A DNA stretch of 64,000 bases from Capsulimonadaceae bacterium (GTDB taxonomy: Bacteria > Armatimonadota > Armatimonadia > Armatimonadales > Capsulimonadaceae), in contig OZ244065.1 of NCBI GenBank assembly GCA_965215505.1, positions 4,960,001-5,024,000 on the forward strand, given 5' to 3'. Below the pieces are notes generated by a model that was not told the DNA's origin, made no database searches, and saw only the letters and a list, made by a program, of their open reading frames with translations. How positions within the stretch are numbered: the stretch's first letter is position 1; each line of letters opens with the position of its first letter. Positions 58,919 to 64,000 of this stretch are shown here, in pieces. The position numbers and the translations under genes were made by a program.

Positions 58919-59749
58919 ATGGATCAAACAACAAACGACCCGCCCATCGCCACCCTGCCGCAGCACGCGACGGAGCGGCTGGCCGAGATGCGCGGGCGCG
59001 GCGAGCAGAACCGCCTGTTCACGAGCGACCTGTCCACGAGCGAGCTTCTCCTGGTCAAAGAAGCCGGTTTTGATCCGGTCGGCCTGGTCGTCGGCAGCTC
59101 GATCTACCACGTCGGCTACCAGCAGTCCGCCTGGTCGCAGAACCAGGAGATGACCGTCTTGACCCAGGCGATGTACCACGCGCGCGAGCTGGCGATGGAC
59201 CGCATGGAGGAAGAGGCCCATCAGCTCGGCGCGGACGGCATCGTCGGCGTCCGCCTGGAGGTCAACCACAAGGAGTGGGGCAGCCACATCGCCGAGTTCG
59301 TCGCCATCGGCACGGCCATCGTCCACCGCAACGACCCGCACCGCTACAAGAACAAGCACGGCCGCCCGTTCACCTCGGACCTGTCCGGCCAGGACTTCTA
59401 CATCCTCCTTCGCTCAGGCTACCGGCCCCTGGGCATGGTCATGGGCAACTGCGTGTACCACATCGCCTCCCAGTCGTTCGGCAACTTCATGCGGACGTTC
59501 AGCCAGAACACCGAGCTGACCCAGTACACCCAGGCCCTCTATGACAGCCGCGAGCTGGCGATGGAGCGGATGCAGAAGGAGGCCGAGGACCTGGGGGCTA
59601 AGGGCGTCGTCGGCGCGAACATCCACGAGCGGACACACGCCTGGGGTGCCCACGTCATCGAGTTCTTCGCCATCGGCACCGCCGTCGAGGAGATCAGCGC
59701 CGACCATGTGATCGAGCCGCCCCTCGTCGTGCTGCCGCTGAATAGCTAG
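58919..59749 (+). CDS. Tandem YbjQ-like (heavy-metal-binding) domain protein
   Basis: Two FTSDLS...ARELAM.RM..EA..LGA.G.VG...EF.AIGTA units. Confidence 0.85.
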   Translation: MDQTTNDPPIATLPQHATERLAEMRGRGEQNRLFTSDLSTSELLLVKEAGFDPVGLVVGSSIYHVGYQQSAWSQNQEMTVLTQAMYHARELAMDRMEEEAHQLGADGIVGVRLEVNHKEWGSHIAEFVAIGTAIVHRNDPHRYKNKHGRPFTSDLSGQDFYILLRSGYRPLGMVMGNCVYHIASQSFGNFMRTFSQNTELTQYTQALYDSRELAMERMQKEAEDLGAKGVVGANIHERTHAWGAHVIEFFAIGTAVEEISADHVIEPPLVVLPLNS

Positions 59750-59765
59750 AACACCAACGGGGCAG

Positions 59766-59800
59766 AAGGGGGCGCGGCAGATGCCGCGCCCTTTTTGTTT
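59766..59800 (+). terminator. Intrinsic terminator
   Basis: AAGGGGGCGCGGC-AGAT-GCCGCGCCCTTTTTGTTT. Confidence 0.8.
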
Positions 59801-59874
59801 TCGGCTCCGCCGATAGATTTGAGCCGCGCACGCGAACTAATCCCTGTACAGACGGAGGAGAAAGGACGGGCACC

Positions 59875-60495
59875 ATGACCCAGGGAGGACAAGCCTTGAT
59901 GAACTGGCTGGCGCTCAGGCGGACGGACGGGGCGCGCACCGGAGGCGAGGCTGACAGAGGGGAGCAGGAACACGCCCGGACGGCAGGTGCCCTGCACCAG
60001 CGGTATCTGGCCGACGTATTTTCCTATGTCGCCCGCCGCGTCCCCGACCGGCAGGAGGCTGAAGACGTGACGGCGGAGGTCTTCGCGGCGGCCTTCGTCG
60101 CCCTGCCGCGCCGGAACGGACTGAACGGCCCGTACCCCTGGCTGCTCGGCATCGCCCGCTGCAAGATCGCCAACTCGCTCCGTCGCCGTAGTCGCCGCGA
60201 GGGCCGGACATCGGCGCTGACCGAGGAGACGCCCGCTGCATCCTCCGACCAGCCCGAAGCCACTCTCGCGCGGCAGGAGCGGGCATTGCTGATCCGTGAG
60301 ATGCTGGCCGTCCTCCCCGAAGACCAGCGCGAGGCTTTGCTGCTGCATTATGTGGAGGACTTGCCGCAGGCCCATGTCGCCGCCGTCCTGGGCCGCTCCC
60401 CCGCCGCCGTCAACAGCCTCTTGCAGCGGGCGCGGGCCGCCGTCTACCGGCAGGGACACGACTATTTCTTGGGCGAAAGCGGGGCGGACAAATGA
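59875..60495 (+). CDS. ECF RNA polymerase sigma factor
   Basis: AEDVTAEVF, PWLLGIAR, LPEDQREALLLHY, AVNSLLQRAR; start may be 59899. Confidence 0.9.
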   Translation: MTQGGQALMNWLALRRTDGARTGGEADRGEQEHARTAGALHQRYLADVFSYVARRVPDRQEAEDVTAEVFAAAFVALPRRNGLNGPYPWLLGIARCKIANSLRRRSRREGRTSALTEETPAASSDQPEATLARQERALLIREMLAVLPEDQREALLLHYVEDLPQAHVAAVLGRSPAAVNSLLQRARAAVYRQGHDYFLGESGADK

Positions 60496-62195
60496 CGACC
60501 GAACAGGAAACCAATCTGCGAGAGAGGCTACAGGCCGCTTACCCGGCAGCCGAGCCATCCGATGCCCTCCGGCGGCGCGTCGCCGTGCTGGCAGAAAAAA
60601 CGGCAGCCCTGGCACCTGCCCGGCGGTCACGACGCTTGCGGACTGGCCTGCGCCTAGCAGGCGTCGCGGCGACCGTCATTGCCATCTTCGCCTTCCTGCT
60701 GCCCCCAAAGCTGACCGCCGTGCAGGCCTATCAGCGGATGGCCGACTCGGTGCGCGACGTTCGCAGCGCCCACTATACCGTGTGGAACGTCCTTCCTAAC
60801 GGAGCGCAGGTGAAGAAGAACGAGGTCTGGTATCAGGCGGGGAGCTGGCGCAGGGAAAGCATCTACCCACAGTGTCAGCAGGTGCAGGTCAGCCGAGATG
60901 GGACGAACTGGACTTACAACACGCAAACAAACACCGTCACCCAAGACGATGCGACATCTATCCAATGGTTTGACAGGATTTCGGGTTTCTCCGTCGGGGC
61001 GCTTTTGCATCAGGCGGCTCTTCTCGACGAAGACACTCACGTCACCCTGCTGGGGGCGACGACCGTTGCCGGTCGTCCCGCGCACATCATCCTGCTTTAC
61101 TCCCAATGGCGCGGTGACAGGGGGAAACCGCAGAGCACTCTTTGGCGCTCACGCGTCGTCGTGGATGATGCCACCGACCTACCGATCCGGTCGGAAGGGC
61201 AGTCCCGCAAGCCTAACGAAACTCAGTGGGTGACAAACAGTGTCGAGGTGGAGCAGTACAACCAGCCGATTACCGCCGCCGTATTCACGCCCGATTTCCC
61301 GGAAACGGCGCGGCGGATAGATGCGGTCACAGAACGTGAACAGTGGCGCGAACGATTAAGCAGTGGCGTCGCCGCGCAGCAGGTGACTCCGATAGGAGTT
61401 TACCGTCATGCTCGCCCGGTCAAGGTCTTCATCCGTGACTTCCAAGTCAACCCGAAAGGTGACGTGTTCCTGCTGTTCACGGCGGGTTCCGAAGTGGCGC
61501 GGGACTCGAATGTTGGGTCGGTCGAGCTGACGGACGAGTTTGGGACGAAGTACATAGACCCGTCCCATCAGAATAGCGGCGTCGAAGGCCAGGATTTCAT
61601 CCCGACCTGCATGGATCAAACCAACAGTGGCCAGAAGGTCAACGGCTATGTGTTCGGCGGTGAACAACTGGAAGGGATACGGTGGGTGCCCCTGCAAATG
61701 CAGGCCCCATGGAAACCACGTTGGTTCCGGCTGACCCTGCATCTCAGCCATGTGAATGGGAACCTTGTGGATGGAAATGGGCGCGGTGGCACGGCGGTCT
61801 TCGATCTGCCCGTCCGGGAAGCGAAAGTCGAGGTCGTGCCGGAGTACATGCCCTACATGGCCCGGCCACTTTCCGACTATTCCCCCGTGCAGAGCGAAGA
61901 AGAAGCCCAAGTGCGGGCCTCCTTCTATCACGAGGAACACGATCTGCCGCAGGCCCTCGCGGCGTATCGTGAACTGATCGCTGTACGGTCTGAGAAGGCG
62001 AGGAAAGAAAAATCGATTCCCACCAACGGCGAGCAGTGGCTGGCAGTCTATTACATTCTGACGAAGATGGGACGCATGGACGAGGCGAAAGCCGCCCTGC
62101 TCTATGCCAAGAGGGACAACGACATCTACGCCTTTAGTCCGTCTACACACGACCAAATAGAAGCCGCCATGAAGGAGCAGGGGATGACGCCCTGA
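60492..62195 (+). CDS. Putative anti-sigma factor (single TM, LolA-like periplasmic domain, C-terminal TPR-like helices)
   Basis: ATGA overlap with ECF gene; TM near residue 55-70; DG...WTY...NTVT and VDDATDLPIR, FTPDFP motifs. Confidence 0.65.
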   Translation: MTTEQETNLRERLQAAYPAAEPSDALRRRVAVLAEKTAALAPARRSRRLRTGLRLAGVAATVIAIFAFLLPPKLTAVQAYQRMADSVRDVRSAHYTVWNVLPNGAQVKKNEVWYQAGSWRRESIYPQCQQVQVSRDGTNWTYNTQTNTVTQDDATSIQWFDRISGFSVGALLHQAALLDEDTHVTLLGATTVAGRPAHIILLYSQWRGDRGKPQSTLWRSRVVVDDATDLPIRSEGQSRKPNETQWVTNSVEVEQYNQPITAAVFTPDFPETARRIDAVTEREQWRERLSSGVAAQQVTPIGVYRHARPVKVFIRDFQVNPKGDVFLLFTAGSEVARDSNVGSVELTDEFGTKYIDPSHQNSGVEGQDFIPTCMDQTNSGQKVNGYVFGGEQLEGIRWVPLQMQAPWKPRWFRLTLHLSHVNGNLVDGNGRGGTAVFDLPVREAKVEVVPEYMPYMARPLSDYSPVQSEEEAQVRASFYHEEHDLPQALAAYRELIAVRSEKARKEKSIPTNGEQWLAVYYILTKMGRMDEAKAALLYAKRDNDIYAFSPSTHDQIEAAMKEQGMTP

Positions 62196-62199
62196 CGGA

Positions 62200-62232
62200 G
62201 AAAGCCCCGCCGCATTCGCGGCGGGGCTTTTC
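62200..62232. terminator. Bidirectional terminator
   Basis: GAAAGCCCCGCCGC-ATTC-GCGGCGGGGCTTTTC. Confidence 0.88.
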
Positions 62233-62244
62233 TTCAACGCGGGT

Positions 62245-63036
62245 TCAGTCCTCCATCCCGCCCACATACCCGCAGACGCCCGTCCGGGGCGAGTTGACGA
62301 CGGGCAACAGGTGTTCGGTGTCGTAGCCCTTCTTCTCGATGCAGGCGTCGCAGATCGTCTTTGTCTCGTAGGACCCGCCATACGCGCCGATCCAGTCGGC
62401 GCCCTTACCGCACTCGTCGCAGGGAATGACGGGCGGGACGTTGCGGGCGAGGAGGCGGATGTTCCTCCGCCGGGTCGGCTCCTCGTGTTCCGACAGTACG
62501 CGCAGCTTCAGATCGGTCGTGCTGCCAAAATCGTACTCGTGGAAGAAGGTCAGGCCGGGCGCGACCGTGGCGGCCAGCGTGACGTCCATGCGATGCTCGC
62601 GGGGCATGCCGAAGGCGTCATCCAGGCCGTCGAAGAAGTCGTCGTCGCCGAAGCCGCCCGGCGGCTCCCAGCGATAGCGTGTCCCACGGTCGGGCCTGCC
62701 ATATGGGTCGAAGCCCGGCTCCTCGGAGGGGATCGTGAAGGCGCTTAGGTGGCCGCAGCACTCCAGCCAGAAGCGGCGCAGGAAGTCATCTAGGTCCTCC
62801 AGTGTGGCGTCCGCCCGGATGTCCAGGTGGAGCCAGTAGTCCGGCCCCTCCCGGTCCTCGACGACGAGCCGGAAGAAGCGCGTCGGCTGGAGCGGGCCGC
62901 TGCCGTGCTTCTCCTTCGCCGCCAGCGCCTCCCAGCACTTGTCCACATGGCGGGCGATGGTGTTCTTGCTGAACTCCTGGCCGCAGAGGGCGCACTCGCC
63001 GCGCGACATCCGGCGCTTCGGTTCGGGCTTCGTCAT
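62245..63036 (-). CDS. pRiA4b ORF-3-like protein with Cys-rich motifs
   Basis: TLEDLD.FLR.FWLECCGHLSAF, HEYDFGSTT, LPVVNSPRTGVCGY; CxxC pairs. Confidence 0.8.
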   Translation of the reverse strand: MTKPEPKRRMSRGECALCGQEFSKNTIARHVDKCWEALAAKEKHGSGPLQPTRFFRLVVEDREGPDYWLHLDIRADATLEDLDDFLRRFWLECCGHLSAFTIPSEEPGFDPYGRPDRGTRYRWEPPGGFGDDDFFDGLDDAFGMPREHRMDVTLAATVAPGLTFFHEYDFGSTTDLKLRVLSEHEEPTRRRNIRLLARNVPPVIPCDECGKGADWIGAYGGSYETKTICDACIEKKGYDTEHLLPVVNSPRTGVCGYVGGMED

Positions 63037-63047
63037 GGGCATTCTCC

Positions 63048-64000
63048 TCAGACGGTCGCAGTCTCGCGCTCCCGCACCGGTTTCGCCTTGTAGCGCGGGG
63101 CGACCGGCAGGCGGGAGCGGTTGTCTTTGATCCAGGCGTAGGCGCGGCGGCCTAGCTGCGGCACGGGAGGGATGTAGAGAATCGGCGCGAGCAGGACGGT
63201 GACGGGCATCTGCCAGGCGATCTGGCGGAAGGCGTCGAAGCCAGCGAACTGCCGCCCGTCGGGGCGGACGGCGTAGGCGGCCTCCTCGGCGTCCTCAAAG
63301 CGGACGCCGGTCGCGGCCAGGGCGGCGCGGTCGTGCGAGTCCACGAACGTGATCTGCCGGAAGACATCCAGGAACCGGACGACCAGAAGCGAGGAACGGC
63401 AGAAATCGCACTCGCCGTCATAGACCAGCCGCAGGGGCGTCAGGGTCAGGGGCCGCTTGGCCCAAGCCAGGAAGTTCTTGATGTCGTCACCGGTCAGAAA
63501 GTTAAGGTAGGACGTGATCATCAGGGCCGAGAACAGGGGGATGTTGAAGGTGTACTCGATCCCCAGGTGCAGGGCGACGCCTGCCGCCAGAACATACAGC
63601 CGCAGGCGCGGCACCCAGACGAACGTCGCCAGCGCGAACTCCACGACCACCGTCCCCCAGGTGAACAGGTTGATGACGTAGAGGTTGTCCCGGCCCAAGA
63701 TCGGGAAGCGCACCGACTCGCTCAGGTGCATCGGGTAGTAAACCGCCGTCCCGTCCATCCAGGGCGGCCCGGTCGCCTTGCTGAGTGAGGCGCAGAGGTA
63801 CAGCACGGCGATCTGGATCTGCATCAGCCGCTGCGCCCAGGGGACGATCAGGGGCGGCGCGTCGTCCTCCCGGCCCTTGAGGACGCGCCACAGCCGGTCC
63901 AGGGAGCAGGAGGCACCGGCGGGCGAGAGCAGCAGATAGACCGCCAGCACGATCATGACCGTGTCGCCGCTGTTGTGGATCGGGGCGTCCCGGTTGTGGA
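63048..64000 (-). CDS. HTTM-domain membrane protein fused to a DCC1-like thiol-disulfide oxidoreductase, 5'-truncated by window end
   Basis: SLDRL, RLMQIQIAVLY....SK..G..WMDGTAVYY, LHLGI; LVYDGECDFC, GFDAF, YAWIKDNR; frame open to window edge. Confidence 0.8.
   Translation of the reverse strand, partial: HNRDAPIHNSGDTVMIVLAVYLLLSPAGASCSLDRLWRVLKGREDDAPPLIVPWAQRLMQIQIAVLYLCASLSKATGPPWMDGTAVYYPMHLSESVRFPILGRDNLYVINLFTWGTVVVEFALATFVWVPRLRLYVLAAGVALHLGIEYTFNIPLFSALMITSYLNFLTGDDIKNFLAWAKRPLTLTPLRLVYDGECDFCRSSLLVVRFLDVFRQITFVDSHDRAALAATGVRFEDAEEAAYAVRPDGRQFAGFDAFRQIAWQMPVTVLLAPILYIPPVPQLGRRAYAWIKDNRSRLPVAPRYKAKPVRERETATV

Overview
High-GC bacterial chromosomal window, most consistent with Armatimonadota (inferred from a DUF1559 prepilin with H-X9-DG motif, an ECF sigma/anti-sigma pair, outer-membrane proteins, a four-domain S1 and RicT). 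Housekeeping genes (manC-like, DegT aminotransferase, rimO, ferredoxin-NADP reductase, mutM, rpsA, coaE, cysC, tRNA-Glu, folP, gap) are interspersed with accessory material. The best candidate for an undescribed system is the operon at 34871-44395: exbB-exbD-exbD, then a 1594-aa protein in the TonB position (TonB-like anchor, very long Gly/Gln/Pro tandem-repeat stalk, C-terminal PA14 domain instead of a TonB C-terminal domain), a GH27-fold protein with a degenerate active site, and a secreted ankyrin protein. Other notable items: a small defence islet in which a Septu-like ATPase/HNH pair is split by an IS256 (8-bp target duplication, frame restored on removal) next to a frameshifted AlbA_2/HATPase gene; an HTH/LAGLIDADG-like ORF whose stop codon lies inside tRNA-Glu; a multi-winged-helix protein behind rimO; two ~880-aa secreted paralogues bracketing the nucleotide-sugar genes; a vWA-YbjQ fusion; several REP/MITE-like elements; and several apparently leaderless genes. 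All family assignments come from motif recognition by eye; no database searches were run.
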